From Candidatus Izemoplasmatales bacterium (lineage in GTDB: Bacteria; Bacillota_I; Bacilli_A; Izemoplasmatales; Hujiaoplasmataceae): a DNA stretch of 46,712 bases. The notes under the pieces were generated by a model that worked only from the letters and a program-made list of their open reading frames with translations, made no database searches and was not told where the DNA came from. The position numbers were made by a program, and so were the translations under genes. Every line of letters starts with the position of its first letter. Position 1 is the stretch's first letter. Of this stretch, positions 8,862 through 17,181 are shown piece by piece. The stretch is from contig JBFXGX010000003.1 of assembly GCA_050177605.1 (NCBI GenBank), forward strand, positions 84,006 to 130,717, given 5' to 3'.

Positions 8862-9772
8862 CTTAGTTCATTAAGTTTATCTAGGAAAGGTCTTGGAAGT
8901 GAAGAATCAAACGCTAACCATTCCTTCGTTCTTGGATGTGTAAAGCCTAGCGTTTTGGCATGTAAATATTGTCCAAAATCATCTGTTGTTTTTTGTTTTC
9001 CATAGACCGGATCTCCAAGTAATGGATAATTAATATAAGCCATATGTACGCGAATTTGATGGGTTCTGCCTGTTTCTAAAATACATTTAACAAGTGTCGC
9101 TTTCTCAAAGCGTTCAATCACTTCAAAATGAGTGATGGCATCTTTTCCATCTTTTACAACAGCCATCTTTTTTCTGTCAACTGGGCTTCTGCCAATGGGC
9201 GCATGAATCGTACCTTTTTGATTCAATATGACACCTTCACAAATCGCATAATACTCACGCAGCGTTTTCTTTTCTTTCAGTTCCTCTGCCAATATCATAT
9301 GGGCATAATCATTTTTCGCAACCATTAATAATCCAGAAGTATCTTTATCAATCCGATGAACGATTCCTGGTCTCAAATCTTGATTTTGTTTGGAGAGATG
9401 ATTCGTATGATAAAGAAGTCCATTGACAAGCGTATCTTGGTAATGCCCTGGAGCGGGATGCGTAACCATACCTGAAGGCTTATAGACAACTAATACGTCA
9501 TCATCTTCATAGATAATATCTAGATCCATTTTTTGAGGAAGGGCATCTTGCAGTGTAATCGGAAGTTCTTCTATTTGAATATAATCGCCGATTTTCACTT
9601 GATAATTCGGTTTCACTTTTTTATCATTTACAATGATATATTCTTCGGTAATCATCTTTTGTACAAGGGTTCTTGAAAATTCTTCAAATTCGCTTGAAAC
9701 AAACTTATCAAGCCGATCAAGTTGCGCTTCCGCGTTTACGACAAGTTCAATCGAGAAATTAGTTGGTCGCAT
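8852..9772 (-). CDS. RluA/RluD family pseudouridine synthase
   Basis: S4 domain RLDKF, catalytic motif GIVHRIDKDTSG, GRTHQIRVH; follows lspA. Confidence 0.95.
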   Translation of the reverse strand: MRPTNFSIELVVNAEAQLDRLDKFVSSEFEEFSRTLVQKMITEEYIIVNDKKVKPNYQVKIGDYIQIEELPITLQDALPQKMDLDIIYEDDDVLVVYKPSGMVTHPAPGHYQDTLVNGLLYHTNHLSKQNQDLRPGIVHRIDKDTSGLLMVAKNDYAHMILAEELKEKKTLREYYAICEGVILNQKGTIHAPIGRSPVDRKKMAVVKDGKDAITHFEVIERFEKATLVKCILETGRTHQIRVHMAYINYPLLGDPVYGKQKTTDDFGQYLHAKTLGFTHPRTKEWLAFDSSLPRPFLDKLNELRNQ

Positions 9773-10256
9773 CTTGTTTCACCCTTTTTGGTTCTAGTAT
9801 GAACTGATCAAACATAAACGTAGCGATTCCGACAGTAAGACACATATCTGCGAAATTAAATACATAATCCCATATGCCTCTAAAATCAATAAAATCGACT
9901 ACTTTATGATCGAATTGAGCGAGTCGGTCGATTGCGTTTCCTAAAGCGCCTGCCATTAAAAGAACGAGTCCTAACGTGTAGAAAAACTTTCTTTTATCTT
10001 TGAAATCATTTTTCACAAACATATAACCAAATACAATCGCCGCAACGAAAGCTACACCTAAAAAGAAATAATAAGCAATTCCACTTGTACCACCAAGGCC
10101 AAAGATAGCCCCTGGGTTTCTTACATAGGTAAAATGAAAGAAATTTTGAATGACTGGGACAGTCTCTCCTTCATAGGTAAATGACTGAACAACGATATAT
10201 TTTGTAAGTTGATCAATCCCGAGTAATGCGATGATAATCGCTATCCATTTTTTCAT
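9759..10256 (-). CDS. lspA: Signal peptidase II
   Basis: DQLTK, NPGAIFG, GNAIDR, VVDFI and VFNFAD motifs. Confidence 0.95.
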   Translation of the reverse strand: MKKWIAIIIALLGIDQLTKYIVVQSFTYEGETVPVIQNFFHFTYVRNPGAIFGLGGTSGIAYYFFLGVAFVAAIVFGYMFVKNDFKDKRKFFYTLGLVLLMAGALGNAIDRLAQFDHKVVDFIDFRGIWDYVFNFADMCLTVGIATFMFDQFILEPKRVKQDATN

Positions 10257-10269
10257 AAATTACCTCCAA

Positions 10270-10644
10270 TTAGACGAGCAGTAATGGAATCCACCAAACA
10301 ATAAATAAAGTAGTAACGATCAGTCCGAAAAGACAAAAACCAACGAAATGGTACCATGCAAGTTTTTTAATTGAACTGAAATCTGAAACATCATTCTTCA
10401 TCAATGTTAATGCTCTTAAATAAAAACGATAGATTAGATAGAAGTATAGTACTGCAATCACAAAAAATAATACAGTAAAAGTATACAATAAATAGAAGTA
10501 TACTACAAGCGTTTCTATTGCCATAATGACAATCGGAGCGATTATAAGCGTAGATAAAACCATCGATCCAAGAAATGCATAAATGAGTTCTGTGAGTGAA
10601 AACTGGTCTAGATTTAATCTCCATAAACGAATGTATTTTTTCAT
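10270..10644 (-). CDS. Hypothetical membrane protein (about 3 TM helices)
   Basis: Hydrophobic ORF with an ATGA overlap to the upstream protease gene. Confidence 0.7.
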   Translation of the reverse strand: MKKYIRLWRLNLDQFSLTELIYAFLGSMVLSTLIIAPIVIMAIETLVVYFYLLYTFTVLFFVIAVLYFYLIYRFYLRALTLMKNDVSDFSSIKKLAWYHFVGFCLFGLIVTTLFIVWWIPLLLV

Positions 10645-11708
10645 TCGCTATCACCACCTAAACTATTCAAATAATTAATTGCATCGCTAAAAGAAGCGAC
10701 TGGAACTAACCAACCTTCAGGATCGATTCCTAATTCTTCACACGCTCTTAACGCTTCTAGGTAATTATCATAGGTATAGGTATCATCTAAATAAGGGATA
10801 AAGAATACATCGACATGATTTAAATAAGCCGTTGCGATTTTTTGTTTGACACCACCAATGTATCCTACACTTCCGTCATAATTGATAGTGCCAGTACCGG
10901 CTATTTTTAGCCCATGGGTAATGTCTTCATCAATTAACATATTATAAATCGCAAGCGTTTGAAGTAAACCTCCGCTAGGTCCACCAATCGATGAATCTAC
11001 AACATTGTAGTTTGGATAAGTATCGTCTTGATCTACAAGGTAATAGTTTTTTAAAGTAATCCCAAACAAATGCGTGGTTTCATCTTTACTTAAGAGAACA
11101 CTATACTCGGTCCCATCTTCTTTTTGAAAATGGAAGGTGTATTCATTTTGCTCCGTTGTGTAGGTCGCAATTTGCGTGTAGATTGTGACAACAGTACCTT
11201 CATCTCCTTCAACATAAAGGAACTTATCACCAAAATCAATTTCATCATAATGGTCCAAATAAGTTGCTTTCCCAAATACAAGGGTTACTTGATTGAGGGT
11301 AATTTGAATATCTGGATTCGCCAGTTGGGCTTGTTGATAAGCTACAATGATAGCAGCATCAACACTCGTAGCTTTATCGAGATACGATATTTGGTTGATT
11401 TCATCATTGGTGTAAGTCAAATTGGATCCAGTTAAAATACCGATATCCGAAAATGGATTTAAATATCCGATAATAAACTCATAAAAAGACGGTCTTTCAA
11501 TCGTCATAATATAGGTTGAAGAAATGGTTCCTTCGGTGATTTTATCTTCATTATAGTCAACTTGAATCAGTCTTTCTACCTCCGATAAACCGCCTGGAGA
11601 ATAGACATATAAATTGGCTGGATAGATCAGCAAGAACATAATGAGAAGATAAGGGAAAGCAAGAAGCAAAATTTGTTTGCGATAGTGGCGAAATAACTCA
11701 ATCATCAA
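10641..11708 (-). CDS. Membrane-anchored S16 (Lon-type) peptidase, YlbL/DdcP-like
   Basis: N-terminal TM, SPGG, catalytic Ser in [15 protein letters not shown], catalytic Lys in IGGVKQK; no AAA+ domain. Confidence 0.85.
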   Translation of the reverse strand: MMIELFRHYRKQILLLAFPYLLIMFLLIYPANLYVYSPGGLSEVERLIQVDYNEDKITEGTISSTYIMTIERPSFYEFIIGYLNPFSDIGILTGSNLTYTNDEINQISYLDKATSVDAAIIVAYQQAQLANPDIQITLNQVTLVFGKATYLDHYDEIDFGDKFLYVEGDEGTVVTIYTQIATYTTEQNEYTFHFQKEDGTEYSVLLSKDETTHLFGITLKNYYLVDQDDTYPNYNVVDSSIGGPSGGLLQTLAIYNMLIDEDITHGLKIAGTGTINYDGSVGYIGGVKQKIATAYLNHVDVFFIPYLDDTYTYDNYLEALRACEELGIDPEGWLVPVASFSDAINYLNSLGGDSE

Positions 11709-12174
11709 TTTTCACCTTCAATTGATAGTTTTCAAGTTTATGGTACTTCACGCCAGCTGCATTAAATAATCTTTTTGATGCAATGTCAACTTCCGTTCCA
11801 TCGTATTTATCATCTAAATAAATCACTTCACGGATTCCAGATTGAATTATTAATTTTGCACATTCGTTACACGGAAATAAGGTAACATACATTTTCGCGC
11901 CATCCAAACTAACGCTTGAGTTCAAAATTGCATTGGGTTCAGCATGAACAACATACGGATATTTTGTATCGAGAAAATCGCCTTCTCTTTCCCATGGAAA
12001 TGCATCATCTTCACAACCATTTGGAAATCCATTATAGCCGATTCCTACAATATGGTTTTTTTGATTGACGATACAAGCTCCTACTTGTGATGATTCGTCT
12101 TTACTTCTTAGGCTGGATAGGTGCGCGACACCCATAAAATAGTCATCCCATGAAATATAACCTAATCGTTTCAT
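11698..12174 (-). CDS. dCMP deaminase
   Basis: WDDYFM, GYNG, HAEPNAI and PCNEC zinc-deaminase motifs. Confidence 0.93.
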   Translation of the reverse strand: MKRLGYISWDDYFMGVAHLSSLRSKDESSQVGACIVNQKNHIVGIGYNGFPNGCEDDAFPWEREGDFLDTKYPYVVHAEPNAILNSSVSLDGAKMYVTLFPCNECAKLIIQSGIREVIYLDDKYDGTEVDIASKRLFNAAGVKYHKLENYQLKVKIDD

Positions 12175-12184
12175 TTTAATCCTC

Positions 12185-12679
12185 CTACTTAAGTTCTTCT
12201 GGTTTCGCTAAATGCATATTGATATGACAATAACCATTTGGAACTTTATCAAGATAGTCTTGATGATATTCCTCAGCATTATAAAAAGGCATGGCCTTTT
12301 TTACATAGGTTACAACTTTTTTGTGATGTTTTTGTTGTTCTTTTGCAATCCAAGCTTCAATCACGGATTTATCTGCTTCATCAAAGTAGTAAAATCCATT
12401 TCGGTATTGTACTCCTAAGTCATGTCCTTGCCGATTATACTGTGTTGGATCAACGATTCGAAAGAAGTGTTCTACTACTTTTTCTAACGGTAAAACCGTT
12501 TCATCGTATTCAAGATACACTGCCTCTACATGCCCACTTGATGCACATACTTCTTGATATGTTGGATTCACTTTTACGCCATCCGTGTAACCAACTTCGG
12601 TAACAAGTGTCCCTTTTAAACGTTTGTAATAGTGTTCAACGCCCCAAAAACAACCACCTGCAATAATTAGTTTTTTCAT
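12185..12679 (-). CDS. msrA: Peptide methionine (S)-sulfoxide reductase
   Basis: [16 protein letters not shown] and GYCHI motifs. Confidence 0.96.
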   Translation of the reverse strand: MKKLIIAGGCFWGVEHYYKRLKGTLVTEVGYTDGVKVNPTYQEVCASSGHVEAVYLEYDETVLPLEKVVEHFFRIVDPTQYNRQGHDLGVQYRNGFYYFDEADKSVIEAWIAKEQQKHHKKVVTYVKKAMPFYNAEEYHQDYLDKVPNGYCHINMHLAKPEELK

Positions 12680-13368
12680 TCGTCAAGATATTCCTTTCGA
12701 TAATAGTTAAATACAATAGAAGCAATCAATAGTCCAGCACTACTTGGCACAAATGAAGTGGAACCAAGTTTTGCGTGATTACCGATCGGTTTCGTTGGGT
12801 TTTCTTCTGAAAAGACAACCAATGGACTCAAGTCAACTCCCTGTTGTTTGAGTTCATAACGATATTTTTTTGCAAGAGGATCCGTATGCGTTTGATTCGC
12901 TCTGGCAATCTTAATTTTCGTTGGATCAAATTTATTTGCAAAGCCCATCGAAGCAACAAGCGGAATATTTTTTTCCTGTGCCATTTTAGCGATGATAATT
13001 TTTGCATCTAAATCATCAATCGCTTCAACAATAAAATCGACTTTGGATAGAAAGAAAGAATCGATGGTGTCAAGACTCACTTCTTGATAAAATGCATCCA
13101 CAATAACATCTGGATTGATATCTTTGATTCGTTCCTCCATTACGTTTGTTTTTGCTTTCCCAATCGTTGAGGTAAGACCAACAATCTGGCGGTTTAGGTT
13201 GGAAGGATCTACTGTATCTTTATCCACAAGAATCAAATGATGAAAGCCACATCTTGCGATGGCTTCAGCAGCAAAACTACCAACACCACCTAGTCCAAAA
13301 ATCAAAATGGTATGATTTCTTATTTCATCTAAATGCGGTGTGATTAATTCTAATCTAGATAAATCCAT
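12676..13368 (-). CDS. tcdA: tRNA threonylcarbamoyladenosine dehydratase (ThiF family)
   Basis: GLGGVGS, SNLNRQ, DPLAK, VVFSEE and GSTSFVP motifs. Confidence 0.88.
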   Translation of the reverse strand: MDLSRLELITPHLDEIRNHTILIFGLGGVGSFAAEAIARCGFHHLILVDKDTVDPSNLNRQIVGLTSTIGKAKTNVMEERIKDINPDVIVDAFYQEVSLDTIDSFFLSKVDFIVEAIDDLDAKIIIAKMAQEKNIPLVASMGFANKFDPTKIKIARANQTHTDPLAKKYRYELKQQGVDLSPLVVFSEENPTKPIGNHAKLGSTSFVPSSAGLLIASIVFNYYRKEYLDE

Positions 13369-13408
13369 AGGACTCCTCTCTTAATAAATAAGACCGCTAA
13401 CCGCAGCC

Positions 13409-13849
13409 TTATTTTTTCTTCATATAATCAAATTTAAAAAATTTACGGCCAAGAAAAATTAATAAATATACAAGTAATGCAAATACAAACACTAGAATAT
13501 TTGCAATATAGTCACGGTTTCCACCCATATAATCATAAAACACGACAAAGCCAAGAACACCAAAAATGGATAAGATTACTAAATAAATGTATTCTTTTTG
13601 ATAGGTTGGCTTGACAATTCTTTTTAAATGATCCTTTTTAAAAACTAATACGAATGTACCTAGCGCCATCATCCCAAAATTCACAAGAACACAAATAAAG
13701 ATGAACTTATTAATATCCACAATTGTATCTAAATCAAAGATGCTAGTGAAAACCAATATAATTGGAATGAACATCATCATCGTTGCATAGAACAAAATCG
13801 AATTGATCTCAAAAGTGGAATAGATTAATTGTTTTCCCTTTGGTTTCAC
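13409..13849 (-). CDS. Hypothetical 4-TM membrane protein
   Basis: Four hydrophobic segments; GTGA overlap with the upstream gene. Confidence 0.7.
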   Translation of the reverse strand: MKPKGKQLIYSTFEINSILFYATMMMFIPIILVFTSIFDLDTIVDINKFIFICVLVNFGMMALGTFVLVFKKDHLKRIVKPTYQKEYIYLVILSIFGVLGFVVFYDYMGGNRDYIANILVFVFALLVYLLIFLGRKFFKFDYMKKK

Positions 13850-14961
13850 GAGGAGTCTCCTGTTTCAAGCGCAAGCTCTTTTTCTTTTTTGTTGTCCTTA
13901 AAGAATCGATAGAACAAACGGATACTCGCGGCAATCGGAGACGCAAAAACAACCCCGAGTGTTCCAAAGAGCGATCCGAAGAAGAGAATCGATATCATAA
14001 TGATAATTGGATGCATTTCTAGTTTTTTAGACATAATCAATGGTTGGAAAACATTACCTTCGGTGAATTGAAGCACAATGTTAATTCCAAGAATATAAAA
14101 TGGGTTAATATCTTTGGAAACAAATGCATATACAAGTGGTGGAATCGCAGCCATAATCGAACCGAAATATGGAATGATATTCGTAAGTCCTACAATTAAA
14201 CCAAAGACTAACCAATATTTGAGTCCAATCAATTTATAAATAAAAATCGCTACAGTACCAATCGCAAACATTAATAGTAATTGACCACGTAAATAAGCTC
14301 CTACAGTAGCATTTAAGCTTTGTCCAAGTTCTGCCACTTTTTTCTCGTGTTTTGGTGGGACAATCGAACGAAGACGATCAGAGATCATTTCATAATCTTT
14401 AAGGTAGTAAATAAGTAACATTGGAACAATCGCTATCGAAGTGAAGATAGGTAATAAGACGCCACCTAAATAGGATAAAATGGATGGAACAATACTGTTC
14501 AGTAAATTATTCGCTAAATCGGTTGCGGAAATATAATTATAGATTTGATCGTAGATATCTTTACCAAAGATAAATTGATCTCTTAAATCAGTTTTAAAAT
14601 ATTCAATAATGGTTTGAAAATCATTTTCGAAAAAGCTTGAAATTTCATTAGAAACGAATGGAACTAACATATAGAATACTGCAAAAATAATCGCAAATGA
14701 GAAGATTAAAACGAGCATCATCGATAGGAATCTTGGACCAATTCCTTTCTTTTCTAGGTATTTCACTAAAGGAAAGACGATGAGGGCAATGACATAAGCA
14801 ATCGAGATAGGTACGATGACACTTTTAATCGCGCCAAAAATCCAATTCCAAAGGCTTGAGAACTGGGTCGCCATAAATAAAACTGCGAGACCTAATAAAG
14901 CGATTAAAAGATATTTGATAATCCGATTTAAGGCTTCATCTTTAATGGGTTGCTTTTTCAA
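13846..14961 (-). CDS. AI-2E family transporter
   Basis: GAYLRGQ, NIIPYFG, QFTEGNVFQP and MHPIII motifs. Confidence 0.92.
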   Translation of the reverse strand: MKKQPIKDEALNRIIKYLLIALLGLAVLFMATQFSSLWNWIFGAIKSVIVPISIAYVIALIVFPLVKYLEKKGIGPRFLSMMLVLIFSFAIIFAVFYMLVPFVSNEISSFFENDFQTIIEYFKTDLRDQFIFGKDIYDQIYNYISATDLANNLLNSIVPSILSYLGGVLLPIFTSIAIVPMLLIYYLKDYEMISDRLRSIVPPKHEKKVAELGQSLNATVGAYLRGQLLLMFAIGTVAIFIYKLIGLKYWLVFGLIVGLTNIIPYFGSIMAAIPPLVYAFVSKDINPFYILGINIVLQFTEGNVFQPLIMSKKLEMHPIIIMISILFFGSLFGTLGVVFASPIAASIRLFYRFFKDNKKEKELALETGDSS

Positions 14962-14990
14962 GTGATTTCCTCCTCACAAGTGCTAAAAAG

Positions 14991-16310
14991 TTATTGGCAT
15001 GAATCTCCACAATCATCGCAGTGTCCACTGCATGAATGTTGTTCATTTTGAATTTTGTATACTAACGTTTTATAAAGTAATTCTAATGGAACGGTTTCTT
15101 GTTCACCGGTTTTTGTATTTTTAATCTGGATGGTATCGGATTCAAGTTCACTCTCTCCAAAAATTAATGTGAACTTTGGACTCAGTCTTTCCGCTTGTTT
15201 GAATTGGCCCTTGAGATTGCGATCAAAGAAATCATAATCAACAACGAGACCACCATGTCTTAATTTCAGAATCGTTTCGAGTGCTCTAGGCTTCGCTACT
15301 TCACCCATGATAATCATAAAAGCGTGAATGGAATCCGGAACATCCACCATCGATAATTCTTCGAGCGCTATCAACAATCTTTCCATGCCAAAAGCAAAAC
15401 CAACGGCAGGGAATTCTGGACCTTCTAAAGTTTTAAATAAATGGTTATAACGACCACCGCCACCTAAGGTACTTTGTGCACCAAGTGTGGATGAAGCTAC
15501 TTCTAACTCAAAAACAGTATGTGTATAATAATCTAGTCCACGGACTAAGTATTTGTCAACAGTATAAGGTATATGCATGCCATCTAAATAAGAAAGCACG
15601 GTTTCAAAATGTTTTTTATCTTCTTCGTTTAAGAAGTCAATTGGCTTCGGCGCATTTTCAATCGTTTCACTTCCCTTATCAATTTTACAATCAAGAACTC
15701 GATAAGGATTTTCGTGATACCGACGATTACAATCTTCACAAAGGTTGGTGTGTTCTGTATCTAGATATGCTAGTAAAGCTTTTTTATAAGCTTCTTTCGA
15801 TTCATTATCTCCAAGTGAATTCACTTTGACTTGAATATTAGGAAGTCTTAATGCTTTCAGCAAACTATACGAATAAGCAATCATTTCTGCATCAACTAAT
15901 GGAGACATTGATCCAAGAGCTTCTGCACCAAATTGATGAAATTGTCTTTGACGACCTTTTTGAGGACGTTCATAACGGAACATTGGTCCTTGATAATAAA
16001 CCTTGATAGGAAGATTAGGTGAAGCATAGAGTTTATTCTCGATAATACTTCTCACAACACTGGCTGTTCCTTCAGGTCGAAGGGTGATACTTCTTTCGCC
16101 GCGGTCTAAGAAATCATAGGTCTCTTTTTTAACGATATCGGTAGAATCACCAACACCACGATGAAAAAGTTCGCTAGCTTCAAATATTGGCGTACGAATT
16201 TCTTTGAAATTATATAATTTTGATACTTGATATATGACATTTTCTAAATCTTGCCATTTCGCCGTGTCTTCGGGTAAAATGTCATAAGTTCCTTTAATTT
16301 TTGAAATCAT
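14991..16310 (-). CDS. hisS: Histidine--tRNA ligase
   Basis: LRPEGT, FRYERPQKGRQRQFHQ, RGLDYY and GGGRY motifs. Confidence 0.97.
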   Translation of the reverse strand: MISKIKGTYDILPEDTAKWQDLENVIYQVSKLYNFKEIRTPIFEASELFHRGVGDSTDIVKKETYDFLDRGERSITLRPEGTASVVRSIIENKLYASPNLPIKVYYQGPMFRYERPQKGRQRQFHQFGAEALGSMSPLVDAEMIAYSYSLLKALRLPNIQVKVNSLGDNESKEAYKKALLAYLDTEHTNLCEDCNRRYHENPYRVLDCKIDKGSETIENAPKPIDFLNEEDKKHFETVLSYLDGMHIPYTVDKYLVRGLDYYTHTVFELEVASSTLGAQSTLGGGGRYNHLFKTLEGPEFPAVGFAFGMERLLIALEELSMVDVPDSIHAFMIIMGEVAKPRALETILKLRHGGLVVDYDFFDRNLKGQFKQAERLSPKFTLIFGESELESDTIQIKNTKTGEQETVPLELLYKTLVYKIQNEQHSCSGHCDDCGDSCQ

Positions 16311-16329
16311 CTACTATGCTCCTTTTAAG

Positions 16330-16358
16330 AAAAAATCGTCCTCTTAGGAAAGGACGAT
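16330..16358 (-). terminator. Intrinsic terminator between acp and hisS
   Basis: Minus strand ATCGTCCT-ttcctaag-AGGACGAT followed by TTTTT. Confidence 0.75.
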
Positions 16359-16394
16359 AACTACTGCAAGAGAGGTTTTAATCCCCTGTCTTTG

Positions 16395-16655
16395 TTACTC
16401 GAAATATTTATCGTTTACTTTTTCTACGACGTATTCTACTAAGTCTTTCACATCTTTCATACTTGTTGCAGCTTCGTCTGAAATCGTTACTAGAAATTCG
16501 CTTTCGATTTGATTAAATAATTCAAGTGCATCTAAACTATCAGCGCCGAAATCATCAGCGAGTCCAGCATCCATGACTACTTTTTCTGGTTTTACACCAA
16601 GTTCTTCAATAATAATCTCTTTGATTTTTTCAAAGACTACTTGTTTTTTGTCCAT
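16395..16655 (-). CDS. acpP: Acyl carrier protein
   Basis: GADSLD phosphopantetheine site; acidic; ATG 16655 with RBS GGAGG. Confidence 0.93.
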   Translation of the reverse strand: MDKKQVVFEKIKEIIIEELGVKPEKVVMDAGLADDFGADSLDALELFNQIESEFLVTISDEAATSMKDVKDLVEYVVEKVNDKYFE

Positions 16656-16692
16656 TTTATCCTCCAAAGATGTATTTTATCTATCCAAAATA

Positions 16693-16721
16693 ATTATAGT
16701 TTATTTTGATACCTAAGTCAA
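16693..16721 (-). promoter_or_regulatory. Sigma-A promoter of acp
   Basis: TTGACT (16721-16716), 17-bp spacer, TATAAT (16698-16693). Confidence 0.75.
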
Positions 16722-16737
16722 ACAAAAGCAAGAAATT

Positions 16738-17181
16738 TTACGATTTTTCCAGGATTATTGTAACCGGTCCATCGTTTACTAACGATACACTCATCTCTGT
16801 TTGAAAAATCCCTGTTTTCACGGGTCTTCCGATCAATAATTCAAGTTCGTGATTAAAGTACGAATAAAGTTCATTTGCGCCTTCTGGACGCATTGCTGAA
16901 GTAAAGGATGGTCGGTTCCCATCTGAGGTGTCACCATACAGTGTAAATTGGGAAACACTTAGGATTTCTCCATCCACTTGGCAGATGTCTAAATTCAGCT
17001 TATCTTGTTGATCAGTAAAGATCCGAAGCTTCGCAACTTTCTTTGCTAGGTATTTTGCGATTTCTAATGTATCATTCACGTGGATACCTACAAGCAATAA
17101 AAACCCTTTTTGAATCGAACTAACCTCTTTATCTAGTACTTGTACACTCGCGCTTTTTACCCGCTGAACAACGATTCTCAT
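16738..17181 (-). CDS. dtd: D-aminoacyl-tRNA deacylase
   Basis: MRIVVQRV, SQFTL and NDGPVT motifs; TAATG overlap with rel. Confidence 0.96.
   Translation of the reverse strand: MRIVVQRVKSASVQVLDKEVSSIQKGFLLLVGIHVNDTLEIAKYLAKKVAKLRIFTDQQDKLNLDICQVDGEILSVSQFTLYGDTSDGNRPSFTSAMRPEGANELYSYFNHELELLIGRPVKTGIFQTEMSVSLVNDGPVTIILEKS

Noticed and set aside
13369..13408. 6S RNA upstream of tcdA, as in Bacillus subtilis
   Set aside because: The gap is only 40 bp and holds at most a weak hairpin
16705..16722. TTTGA-N8-TCAAA in the acp promoter as a FabT box
   Set aside because: The spacer is 8 rather than 3 nt and one arm overlaps the -35 hexamer; not supportable without data
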